Origin: Raja brachyura
Taxonomy: Eukaryota
Reading direction: 5' to 3'
Assembly (NCBI GenBank): GCA_963514005.1
Contig: OY740818.1
Location: 14,880,001-14,944,000 of the forward strand
Length of the DNA: 64,000 nucleotides
Under the pieces are notes generated by a model. It was given only the letters and a program-made list of their open reading frames with translations. It was not told the origin of the DNA and did not search any database. Shown here piece after piece: positions 1 through 11,336 of the stretch. Position 1 is the first letter of the stretch, and every line of letters starts with the position of its first letter. Position numbers and translations under genes: made by a program.

Positions 1-355
1 CCCCAGCAATCACCATCCGCACAATGTACTAGTCACTCACTTGTTCTGACAACACTTTCCAAACCTATGGCTTCTCTCAACAAGGATACCAAGACACTAG
101 TTGGTTGAGAACACGACCACCACCATTTTTAAGCTGCCCATCATGGACTCGGGATTATACCATCTTTTCTTCAATGTCACTGGGCCCAAATTCTTACATT
201 TTCTATGCAACAATACTGTCAAAATATCTGTACCAGAAGAGTGATGGCTATACAAGGAGTCAGTTCACCACCATCTTCAAGGTACTTACTCAACTAGATG
301 TTGCACTTACTGCCATTTCTAATTCACGTCCTGGTTTGTACTCTTCTCTCCACAG

Positions 356-459
356 GCATTACTTCCAGGTGAAGGACAAGAGCCCTTTCTCCATCAGAGT
401 GAATCCTTGCGACGCTGCCCTTGAGTGGAGAGTCAGTGTTCAAGAGTGGCCAACACACA
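356..459 (+). CDS. NDNF-like gene, internal coding exon
   Basis: Acceptor ctcttctctccacag|G at 355/356. Translates (R)HYFQVKDKSPFSIRVNPCDAALEWRVSVQEWPTH, resembling NDNF RYFF...VTPCDAPLEWKLSLQE. Donor A|gtaagg at 459/460 gives phase 1, matching the next exon; the alternative donor at 481/482 would be out of frame. Confidence 0.8.
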
Positions 460-705
460 GTAAGGATTGTTATTTCACCAGGTTAAGACCTTCAATGTCT
501 ATCTAAGACAATCATGTGTACAATCTCTACCCTACGTAAACCCCATCAACATGCACTATAAATATTCAAATCACCCAACTAAAATCTGAGTTCATTACAT
601 ATTCACTCATCCTTCCCGAGGATTCTTCCTGCTTAGTTTAATATATTATCTTCCCTGTACCCCACAGAATGATGTACTTCAGTAAATGCCTGTTGAGAGA
701 AGAGT

Positions 706-801
706 CTGAAAAAGGGTCTCGACCCGAAACATAACCCATTCCTTCTCTCCAGAGATGCTGCCTGTCCCGCTGAGTTACTCCAGCTTTTTGTGTCTATCTT
801 C
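706..801 (+). mobile_element. Solo Penelope-like terminal repeat fragment with degenerate hammerhead motif
   Basis: ctgaaaaagggtctcgacccgaaacata followed by the family body; flanked by gagagaagagt (695-705) and gagggaagagt (802-812). Confidence 0.75.
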
Positions 802-1523
802 GAGGGAAGAGTGCAAACCAGAACGTGAATTAGATATGGCAGCATTTGGGATGTGGGAGTCGAGTATAAAATCTAATTTGTTGCACATCCCAACTCGGGT
901 CATTCGAGAATGTCTGATAGTCACCACAGTAATGTTGGGAATGTCTGACATTCTCATTTCCAGCCTGGAATCACTGAAATATGTCTCTCTTTGTAGATAA
1001 TCTTATCATTCAAGGTGCAGTCACACAAACAATCTTATTTCATTCAACAGAAGTAGGAATTGATGATAGTGAAAGTTATTCCTATGAATCATCCTTCGAG
1101 TCAGAATGTTGCGAGTTCAAGGTCCAAGCTAGAGTTGAAAAAAAATCTAGCCGGACACTGGGAGAATAGACCATGAGAGATGGGATCACATGGATGAGAC
1201 ATTAAAGTGGAACCCCACATGTGCATAAATACTGACTGATATCAAGATTTTCTTTGAACATGATGCATAAATATTGAGAGTGTTGGTAAGTCGGGAACGT
1301 AATGAAGAGGATTTGGACAGTCAAATATCATCCAGTAAGGTAATGGATCTGTTCACTTGTTCAAGGAGTTGGAAAGCCAATACATTGTATGGATGAACAT
1401 GTTGGGTTACAGATTGAAGTGGAACTTTGGGTATACTGTATTTAACCAGAATTTAAGCTCACTTGGCTCCTCAACATTTATAGTCCCAATGCAGTTAACA
1501 CATGGCAGGGTAGTGGATCAAGC

Positions 1524-1752
1524 TCATAAGTTCTTAAGTGATAGGACCAGAATTACGCCATTCAGCCCATCAAGTCTACTTCACAATTCAATGATGGCTG
1601 ATCTATCTCTCCCTCCTAACCCCATTCTCCTGCCTTCTCCTCATAACCCCTGACACCCATACTAGTCAAGAATCCAGCTATCTCTCCCTTACAAATATCC
1701 ATTGACTTGGCCTTCACGGCCTTCTGTGGCAATGAATTCCAGATTCACCACC
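1524..1752 (-). mobile_element. CR1-type LINE 3' fragment
   Basis: Reverse complement resembles the CR1 3' ends at 28030-28266 and 8293-8417. Confidence 0.7.
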
Positions 1753-1776
1753 TGATAGATTTTTTCTGAATTTCAG

Positions 1777-3146
1777 GCACTTATCGCACTGAGAAGCTGG
1801 GGACACTTGAATGGGAACAGGTTACCACGAGAGATCTGTTCAGCTACAAGGGAAACACAGCGCAGACCTTCGTGCGAGCTTCATCGCATTCAGCCTTGCA
1901 CAACCTGGAGCTCCTTTCAACTGAGAGGGACACCCAAATGAGAGTCTACCTGACAACCAAGCCAGAGAACGAGCCTCCAAACCCAGAGTTGCCATTTGAC
2001 TCTCGAGTGAGCGTCGCCTCTGTGGGGCAGAGGACCGTGACCCTGGCCTGGAAGCCCAGCCCATCGGTGTTGCATGATGAGCACAACATTCAGTATTGTC
2101 TCTTGGTCAACCAGAAGCACAACTACCAAAGTCTCTGCGCTGCCCAAAACCAGGTGGGGCTTGAAGATGGTCTTTGGCCAGGTCTGCCAGTGGTGACCAT
2201 CTACTCTGGAGGTCAGGAGATCCATCTCACCAGAACAGAAGATATTCAACCCTCTACCAGTCTTCTCAGCCATCCCGTCTCCAGGGAAGCAAAGAGAGAT
2301 GTCACACAACTCTGTGTCGGCAACAGAAATATCTATTCAGTATTGGACTTGCAACCCAACTCCCTTTACTACTTTGATGTGTTTGTTGTTAATGTCCTCA
2401 CCAACACTAGCTCTGCCTATATTGGCACCTTTGCAAAAACATTACAGTGGCCAGATCCATACACTCTCGATTTGAAGGAAGGAATCATGGCCCAGGTTTA
2501 CATCCGGAAGGACAGGCAGAAATTCTATAGCTTCAGGCCCAAGAGTTGGCATAGAAGGGTGCAATTCACATTCCACTCATGTGGAAAACTGTACGTTACA
2601 ATCGAGAGAAATGGTAAACTAATTGTGTCTGAACGCACAAACAACCTAAAGCATTTTAAGCTGAAAGGAAAAGCCAATGCAAAATACATTATTGGGATCA
2701 AATCCATGGAGGCCTCAGAGGTCCTTGTGAAGATTCTGGTATCCACACGTCCCAACAAACCTCTCTTCCCACGTCTCCCGGACAGTCTTAAAGTGAAATC
2801 CTTCAATAGGCTCAGAACCTGCAACTCGGTCACTTTGGCTTGGCTGGGAACGAGTGAGCAAAACAGGTACTGCCTCTACAAAAGGGAGATGGAGATGGAG
2901 GAACAAACACTGGAAGTCGAAGGAAAGCAGCAAAATGAGTGCCTTGGCCCCGAGACACGCAGCATTTCGGAGAATGTGGGCTGCAAGTATTTTCACCACC
3001 TCCATGCTCAGCGTGCAGTAGCCGTGCAGAAGGTCACTGGGCTGAAGGCAAGGACCACCTATTTATTCGATATCTATGTGATTGGGCACAAGGGTCATTC
3101 CGTCAAATACCAAAGCAAAGTGGTAAAAACAAGGAAGGCATGTTAA
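1777..3146 (+). CDS. NDNF-like (neuron-derived neurotrophic factor family, FN3 domains) terminal coding exon
   Basis: Acceptor tttcag| at 1776/1777. The open frame continues into the 424-aa ORF: LFSYKGN, LELLSTERDT, VTLAWKP, YYFDVFVVN, LRTCNSVTLAWLGT, C-terminal GHSVKYQSKVVKTRKAC*, all NDNF-family motifs. Divergence suggests a paralog rather than NDNF itself. Confidence 0.9.
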
Positions 3147-3551
3147 CTTCACCCAGCTTCAGGGTAAACACTATTACAAGTGTCTGTCTAAGAAAATAGA
3201 GGGAGCCAGCACCCTTCTGGCAAGTTGCAATCAACATATGCAACCAACTTTGCACCACCATCTTTGTTATCAAAAACACCAAGGTTGTCTCCAAATTATA
3301 TTGTGGGACCCTCCCTGCACATTTTGCCAAATTCTACAGCTTCCTCCAAGTACACCTTTAACGTTTTCTGCAGTAAGTGTGCATAGAGAACTTTCATTAG
3401 TACACAACAACTTGTATTTCTGTTGACCTTTCATGAAGTGCTTCTGAAGTAACGTCACAGACAAAATAGGAACAATTCCAATGGGCAGGAGGCTCTCCCC
3501 CAGACTTTGTCACATCTGCCAGCATTACACGAAGCCCAGCTTGAGATTACA

Positions 3552-3642
3552 TGAAGAAGGGTCCCAACCCGAAAAGTCACCCATTCATTTTCTCCAGAGA
3601 TGCTGCCTGACCCACTGAACTTCTCCAACTTGGTGTCTCTCT
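3552..3642 (+). mobile_element. Solo PLE terminal repeat fragment in the NDNF-like 3'UTR
   Basis: tgaagaagggtcccaacccgaaaagtcacccattc...; flanks ttgagattaca / ttgaggttgca. Confidence 0.7.
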
Positions 3643-3946
3643 TTGAGGTTGCAAGACTTTGATGTCTGACTGAACTAACTTGTACTACATTTGTTTTTGC
3701 GTGGTTGCCGGTGTATAGAGTGGGAGTGTATCACACAACATTGAATGAGATTGAACCAGGAATTTTAAATTGAACCTTTTTATTAGGTTTTAAGAAAACA
3801 TGGACTTTGTGCTTTTGAGGAAAACACTTCAACCCAACTCAGGCAGAGGGTTCAATAATTGAACAAAGGACCTTGCCTCAGATGAGTAGCATGGGCAGAC
3901 CACTTTAGAAACCCACATCAAGTGGAGATTACCAATTCTGTTCAAT

Positions 3947-4088
3947 TTTGCTTAGAAACATAGTCAAATAGGTGCAGGAGCAGGTGATTCACCCCTTCAA
4001 GCCAGCACCGCCATTCAATATGATCATTGCTGATCATCTAAAATCATTATCCCATTCCTGTTTTTACCCCATATCCCTTGATTCCTTA
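3947..4088 (-). mobile_element. CR1 3' tail fragment
   Basis: Matches the reverse complement of the CR1 tail at 29980-30110. Confidence 0.7.
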
Positions 4089-4179
4089 ACATTCATGAAT
4101 GTTAGTAAGACTTGTATTTCAATCTATGGTTAAATCATCAACTATTTATGCATTTGTCTCGATATAACTTTTTCAATTT

Positions 4180-4185
4180 AATAAA
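4180..4185 (+). terminator. Candidate polyadenylation signal of the NDNF-like gene
   Basis: AATAAA about 1 kb after the stop in an AT-rich context; a second AATAAA at 4254-4259. Confidence 0.5.
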
Positions 4186-4550
4186 AGTAATTAAACATTT
4201 ATAAACACCTTTTCAGGATTTGTAAATCAATTCACTGCGGTGTCATCACTTTTAATAAAGGAAATATGCCTGTTATTTTGAGCACAAGCAGATTCCAAAA
4301 ACAGTAATTTTACACACCACACCATTTGTTCCAACTAATCCATGCCTGGGATTATTATTTTATGCTCCATCACCTTGCACCATCTACACATGCAATGTTG
4401 TCTCCTTCAATGCACTTATCTTGCTTCTGTGCAGTGTGCATCAGCTACCCCAGTTTCCTCATTGCACGAATATTTGTTTTCACACACTGTGATGTCCCAG
4501 TCAGTAATGTGATAGAATACAAGAACATCTTGGTGATAATGCTGGACTAT

Positions 4551-5624
4551 AGGGGCTGTCCCACTGCAGCGACCTAATCTACGGGTTTAGAACAGTTTGC
4601 CCTTGACTCAAACTCGCAGCATGGCCGACATGTGGTCCTAGGAGGTCCAATGAGGTCACTGGAACTCTCCTTCATGCTCGAGGGAAGTTCCCAAATACTC
4701 ACAGCCTCAGCTAGGTCACGGAAATGTTTTCAGCATGTTTAAAAATTTTCCACGAGTAAAAATTGGTCGGCATGGTTCTTTTGAACTCGTAATTTTAATT
4801 GGCTCATTGGAGTTTTCAGGACCAAAGAAAACTGACCGGTAGGTAAAATGCCCGCCAAACTTTATTATAAGTTGTCTGGCTTCTTAAAAGTGTCTCCACT
4901 CCTTCCCTCCCCCCCACCCCCTCTCTCTCCGCACTCTCTAAAGGACTTACTGTAAAGGGCCTGTCCCACCAGCATGCAACTCTATGCGATGAACGCGATC
5001 AAACCGGCAGCGGGGGCCGCGCGGAGGTCGGGTGATCCCCTGTACAGGGCCGTTCCCACCAGCATGCGCCTGCATGCGGCAAGCGCAACTAAACCGGCAG
5101 CGAGGGCCGCGCGGAGGTTGGGTGAGTGGCGCAACGCGGCGCAAAGCGAGGCGAACTTGAAGCAAGTCCAAGGTAAGTTCGCCAGGACTTAGAGGGGCAC
5201 ACAGAGAGGGGCACCGAGACACACACACATACAGGGCCACGGAGCCACACACATAGAGGGTCACGGAGGCACTTACAAATAGGTTCACGGAGGCACGATG
5301 TCCGGGCGGTGTGTAAATGTCGTGGCGACTGCGAGCCGACAAGCCGTTGCTGCGCGGGATTTTTGGACATAGTCGGTTTTTCGGAGCCCCGCGCGGTGTC
5401 GGGACGAACTCCGCACAATTCCGCGCGGCTCCGGCGATCGAAGTGGGACCGGCCCCGCGACGCCGGACGGCTCAAGCGACCACGTTAGGTCGCGCTAATC
5501 GCATAGAGTTGCATGCTGGTGGACAGGCCCTTAACTGTGCCAGCCGTCTTTTACCTTTCTGTTCATTGCAGGTGTGAATTTCAGACAGCACTCCCCCAAA
5601 GGTTGCGACAGTGGGACAGGCCCT
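4551..5624. mobile_element. PIF/Harbinger-type MITE (outer element)
   Basis: TIRs aggggctgtcccactg / cagtgggacaggccct; non-coding; TSD imperfect. Confidence 0.7.
4956..5531. mobile_element. PIF/Harbinger-type MITE (inner, nested)
   Basis: About 35-45 bp TIRs starting agggcctgtcccaccagcatgcaactctatgcgat; TAA TSD at 4953-4955 and 5532-5534. Confidence 0.85.
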
Positions 5625-6450
5625 TTAAGTATTTTTGGTACAGCGATAATTAATTTCTACTTTTATATGCATTTTAATAAAATTCTACAGGCTGCTTTTC
5701 AACAGACTAGAATGCTCCAAGGCAGCAATGAGTCAATGCAGTTTCTCTCGAGGGCAAATTTCACGGCTCCTACACAAGTCCAATGGGATTAATCACAGTG
5801 GGCTGCAAACATTTGGGAGATTCCACTGAATGACCCACTTCTCCAGATTCCCCTGCTCCCCGACTAGAAATACATCTCCCCCTCCCAGGGGTTTGTGCCT
5901 GGAACCACATGACCCAGTGCAGCACTGGTGAAGGATACTGTACTTGCACTCCAGGGTGTGAGAGGACTAGTTAGAAAAAGACTATTTAGCTTGCTGGTTA
6001 CTGCCAGACTTTAAGCTCTCTCCAAGCCTTCTCTGTACTTACTGCGCGAGTAACCCCTCTTCTGAATCTTCACACATTCTAGGATCACAGAGCTGAAATG
6101 GTAAAAATCACATGTTTATCCTCCCTATGCAGCTGAAGATCTCACTGCAAGTGAATTTAAATGTCAAGTGTAACAAATTAAACTGGTGTGATTAATAATA
6201 GCTGGAGTGTGAATAATTACGCTGAAGTTGCAATGGTAAGTGATAAAGACAGCAATCAATTGTGGAAAATAAAATCTGTTTGAGTGTGACTGAGTGCACA
6301 TTCACAGTTACAAACCCTACAGTTGGCATGGACTAATTCCCACTCAGTGACTCGTCACTTGGAAGAGGTCTCCAGTCAAACTTGAAAAACTTGGATATAC
6401 CAAGCTACCGAGAATTTGAAGCCAGTTTCTTGTAACTTGCGGTAAGGAAA

Positions 6451-6745
6451 CTTTAGTTTAGTTCAGAGATACAGCGTGAACAGGCCCTTCGGCCCAGTCT
6501 CCATGCTGACCATTGATCACCCATTCACACTAGTCTGTCAGCCCACTTTCACATCCAATCCTTGGACACTTGGGGCAATTTACAGAGGCCAATAAACCTA
6601 TAAATCTGCACATTGTTGGGATGTGGGAGGAAACAAGAGCACCCATAGGAAATCCACTGTCACGGGGAGAACGGGCAAACTCCACACAGACAGCAGGCGA
6701 GGTCAGGATTGAACCCTGGTCCCCGGTGCTGTGAGGCAGCGGGCA
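6451..6745 (-). mobile_element. tRNA-derived SINE (HE1/V-SINE-like)
   Basis: B-box-like ggttcaatcc, V-type core gtgtggagtttg...ttctccccgtga, tail gggccgaagggcctg and (ctaaa)n on the minus strand. Confidence 0.8.
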
Positions 6746-8292
6746 TTGTGGAGAGAATTTGACCTTGGTATCGTTAACTTCCAAACCAAGATACCATTGC
6801 TTGGTTTATCAAAGGAATGATGCCGCTAATGTTTCACTGGTGATGTCCTTCTTTAAGCAGCCTATAGCGGATCTGGCAGTTTAATAGTTTTGTCTCAAAG
6901 CCAGGACCAATAAACCACAAACTAAATTGAGGATGAGAATTTAGTTCTTAAAATAATTTAGGAAGATGGGTCTCAGTAAACTGACCATGAGGAAAGTCAT
7001 TAAAATCTAAAAGGTTTATAAATGCCCAAGGAATGGAAACCTAATCTCCTAGCCAGCACAGGATTTCAGGCCTTCAACTACTTTTAAACTGCCGTTGAAA
7101 AGGCTCAGTTAACTCTGCTGTTGCAAGCAAGTTATAAGAAAATATCAAAAAGTTAACATAGCCCTGAAAATCAGGCAGTGGGTTGATACCGTCTTTTGCA
7201 CCCTTGCTTGTAAGGAATTGAACTTACAGTGGAAAGTTCCACTTTGGACATCAAAATAACAGCAAATGCCGTTTCTGTGGATAGAGAAACATGTATTGTA
7301 GATTAATTAACCTGTTATCCGCATACTAGAAGGGAATTAATCAGACTCACAATGTGTAGGTTTATAGGCTAATCTTAAGGTTTTCCATTAAATCAATCAC
7401 CACGATACCAGTCTGAATTTCATCAGTGACAAAACACCAAAATGAACATGTCTGACAACTGTGTTTTGCCCGGAGAAAAGGCAGAAGACAAAACCATCTA
7501 ACAATGAACAGTTAGGAGAGTATAGTCATAGCATGCTTCGCAGGAATTTTATTTTTAACTAATTATTGTAATATAATATCAATCCAATCACCAGACAATG
7601 GAATAAGACCACAGGCACTGGAAGTTTTAGACCATGTAGGATGGATAACAGCCCGCCTATGTGGAGATTAGACAACTGGAGCCTTGCTTTAAAATCTAGA
7701 AGGCAGTTGGACATGTTCATCAGAAAAAAGGGAAAAAATAGAGTGTGAAATCATTCAGAGCGACTACATAACTAAAGAAAGATCTGAACGGAGAATTAAG
7801 GCTTTCAGAAGGCTTAGAGATGGCATTCAGAAGACTTAGAGAAAGCTTAAGCACTTATTACAGAATAATTGCAACATCAGGAAACCGCACTTCCCAATGT
7901 CAAGCTGACGTATAGTACTTGCTGCTTATTCTTCAAAAGCTTCAAGTATAGGGGCATAATTGCTCTCAAAATGTCGCTACCATCAAGTGCTTCATGCAGC
8001 CAGAGGAACCTTTCCTGATCTAACCCAGCCATGGCCCATGTTCAATTTATATGACACCAGAAGCAAAAAGTCATAAGCTGCTCCTCATATGCATGCTCCA
8101 AGGGCTGAACTGAACATCTGGTTTATTAAAGTGCCACCATTTGACTTCAAGTATGCAAACTGATGATATTTCTTAAATGGCCTAATGGTCATACCAGTTT
8201 ACGGCATGCATCTCCCACCATCATGAGGAACAGATCCATTCATAATTGATCCCACCCAAACTAGAACTCTTATGCACATTCTCAGCGGTGAC

Positions 8293-8417
8293 AGAGGTTA
8301 CGGGGAGAAGGCAGGAGAATGGGGTTCGGAGGGAGAGATGAATTAGCCATGATTGAATGTCAGAGTAGACCTGATGGGCCGAATGGCCTAATTTTGCTAT
8401 CACTTATGATCTTATGA
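8293..8417 (+). mobile_element. CR1 3' tail fragment
   Basis: ggggagaaggcaggagaatgg...gggccgaatggcct with cttatgat terminal repeats. Confidence 0.7.
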
Positions 8418-9882
8418 TTCTGAGCAAGAATGTATTCCACAATTCCCTCCAGGTTTCCATTAGAAACACGACCAAAGGAAATGTCAGTGCTATGGTCAAT
8501 TGGGCAGTTGGGCTCAGGATAGGGCAAGATAAGAAAACCAACTGTGACAGATGCACCCATGAAATGGCTCCCCAGAGATCTCCATCCTGTCTGTTCTACA
8601 TTTCTTTAATGTGCATTTCACATCCGTTTCAGGTGAATACATGGACCACACCTCCATTGTTCCTGATTTGGGTACAGCATGACCCTTCAAGCAGCAATGT
8701 TTTAATTATCAGATGTTGGCTCAGGTTATATTTTGGCAAGAAAACCAGAGACCTCTCCTACCTTTCTTCAAGTTAACACTGTGGAATGGTTGATATTTAC
8801 TTGGTCGAAGAAAAGAACGTCATTATTAACATCTTATGTTAAAGTGTGGAGTGCTATCACACAGTGGACAAATGGTCTTGTATTTGGAGGTCTGGGTTTT
8901 TGCAATCGAGGCAAGGGTTTAAATCTCACCACAGCCGGTGGAACATTTGAAATGCTAGTATCAGTAAAGCTGACAATGAAGCTTCACTAAATTGCAAATG
9001 CTCAGATTCAGGAATATCCTTAGAGAAATTCAGCGACCTTGTCCACCCTGTTCTATATTTAAACACCACTGTTTTGGACGCTGGTATTATCAGAAGCAAA
9101 CTCCTCAGTTCTGTTGAGTGGAGGGCAGCTGGGGAAGGGCAATGAATGATAGGTAACAACAATGCAAATGTTACAATTAAAAAAAAGGTTAAAATGCAGG
9201 TATAAAAACAGAGGTGAAGGATCAAAAGGATTAAGAACGAGCAAGGTCTTTTTATATTTTGAAAGTACTTTGAAGAGGCAATTGTAACCCAATTCACAAA
9301 TGGCCACACAGAACACTGAAGCTTTTTCATTTCACTCAAATACTTTATTTTGCTTGACGAATCATAGGACCCTCCACCCCTTGATGCAGTTAAAAAACAG
9401 CTGTAGTTGTGGAAGGATCTGCGAGCAGCTCTGGGATTATCATTGTCTGTTCCCCTAAAGGCTCGCTGAATCTTAGCAGTTTATCTACAGGATACTGGGA
9501 CATCAGAATCCCTTGTGATTAACCACTTGTAGCCAAGAGACATTGGCAATAGTTCACAAAACATGGGACAATCTCTCATTAACAGTGTAAAACAGATGGA
9601 AAATAACCAATGAGGTCATGGACGTATGTTCAGAAGACGCCGTAGATTCCGGAGGACCAAGGTAAAGTTGCACCATACTGTTCAATCCAACCTAGATTTG
9701 GAACAAATTCTATGGATGTGGCTCCAGTCAATAATCAGATATCCCACCTGCTAAAACCAAACTTAAATGTAAAGGGCTTTTCATCTTCACTTGGAACAGA
9801 ATTTCCACATATTTGAAGTTTCAATGAGATGAGTTACCTTCATTTTTCTATAATTATCACATTTGAGATAATCAAAGGATTT

Positions 9883-10185
9883 AACATAGAAAATAGGTGC
9901 AGGAGGAGGCTATTCGGCCCTTCAAGCCAGCACCACCATTCATTGTGATCGTGGCTGATCGTCCCCAATCTATAACCCGTGCCTGCCTTCTTCCCATATC
10001 CCTTGATTCCTCTAGCCCCTAGAGCTCTACCTAATTCTCTTAAATCCATCCAGTGATTTGGCCTCCACTGCCCTCTGTGGTAGGGAATTCGACAAATTCA
10101 CAACTCTCTGGGTGAAAAAGTTTTTTCTCACCTCAGTCTTAAAAGGCCTGCCCTTTATTCTAAGACTGCGGCCCCTGGTTCTGGA
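9883..10185 (-). mobile_element. CR1 3' fragment
   Basis: Reverse complement of the CR1 ORF2 end and 3'UTR seen at 27960-28266. Confidence 0.8.
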
Positions 10186-10560
10186 TTTACTGTTCTATCT
10201 ATTGTGTATATCCCAATTGAAAACATAATTGGAAGCAGAGCTTTTTTAGCTGAAACGACTTGTAGACACTCTAATATCATGGCTAGAACAGAATGCTTGC
10301 ACAGGGTAGCTATAGTTAGATTTAAAAAAATACCAGTCAGTTGCTTGATTAAGATCTTTGCCTCTTATCCAGTTATGACTCGCTCCCACTATTCTTGGCG
10401 AGGCCTTGCCAGGTTTTGTAAACTGCTGCTGTGAAGTCTTTGGGGACAGCCATGTCCATTGTCCGCTTTATGCTCATCCAGCATTGGAGGTCTGAAACAA
10501 ATATCTTCCCTCCTGGATTTTTATGCGCTATTTGTAAGGGGATCTCCCAAAATTATTTAA

Positions 10561-10694
10561 GAAGGAACTGCAGATGCTGGAAAATCGAAGGTAGACAAAC
10601 GTGCGGGAGAAACTCAGCGGGTGCAGCAGCATCAAAGTGTACCCTTTGGTGCTGCTGCACCCGTTGAGTTTCTCCCGCACTTTTGTCTACCTCA
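10561..10694. mobile_element. Fold-back mini element related to PLE terminal repeats
   Basis: 49-bp arms at 10589-10637 and 10644-10692; perfect 13-bp TSD caaaattatttaa. Confidence 0.85.
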
Positions 10695-11330
10695 CAAAAT
10701 TATTTAATGGACTTAATGAGTACCTAATGAAAGTCCCAAATGCAAATAAATAATTGTAATCAGTGTGGCAGTTAAAACTACCTTGCACTGTAAAGCGAGA
10801 ACAGAGGTTAAGTGCAAGTGCAAAATTTGGTTTCCTATATTTTAGACACTATCTTCACTTCACTTATTTCTCCAACAAACAATAAACTGGAATTGTGAAA
10901 GTGAGGAAGGATTGTAAAGAATACAGCCCTACTGCATATTCATGCAAGTTTAGAAGCAACCTGGGCAGAAATATTCCTTATATTTACAGCAGCGGAGGAT
11001 GGATAAAGTTTCGCTTCTTTGCTAAAGTCTCAGTAAAGAAGTGCCCAACTCAAATTTACAAAACCCTTCACCAGTGGTTCAAAGTGGTGGATCACAAAGG
11101 ATTAAATAGATTAAGAAATTGATTTCCCCAAGTGTGTACTTCAGCTCAGCAGTGATGATCAGAGTCCCAACTTTGAAGTTATAGATTAAAGCAGCTGAAG
11201 GCCTGCATTCCTTTTAAGAATGCAGTCGACAGCAGCTAAGAACAGATGAATCCATTCAGTACAAATGTGGTGTGCTGACACTAAAACAAACCCAAGGGCA
11301 GATCTGATGAGGCATTTGAAAAGAAATGTA

Positions 11331-11336
11331 TTTATT
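11331..11336 (-). terminator. Candidate SEC24C polyadenylation signal
   Basis: AATAAA on the minus strand about 1.13 kb past the stop; another at 11910-11915. Confidence 0.5.

Noticed and set aside
4947-5577. CpG island and overlapping ORFs suggesting a promoter or gene
   Set aside because: Fully contained within the TIR-bounded nested MITE.
11152-11198. Box C (GTGATGA) and box D (CTGA) snoRNA-like pattern
   Set aside because: Only about 47 nt apart, not in a sense intron, and no guide sequence recognised.
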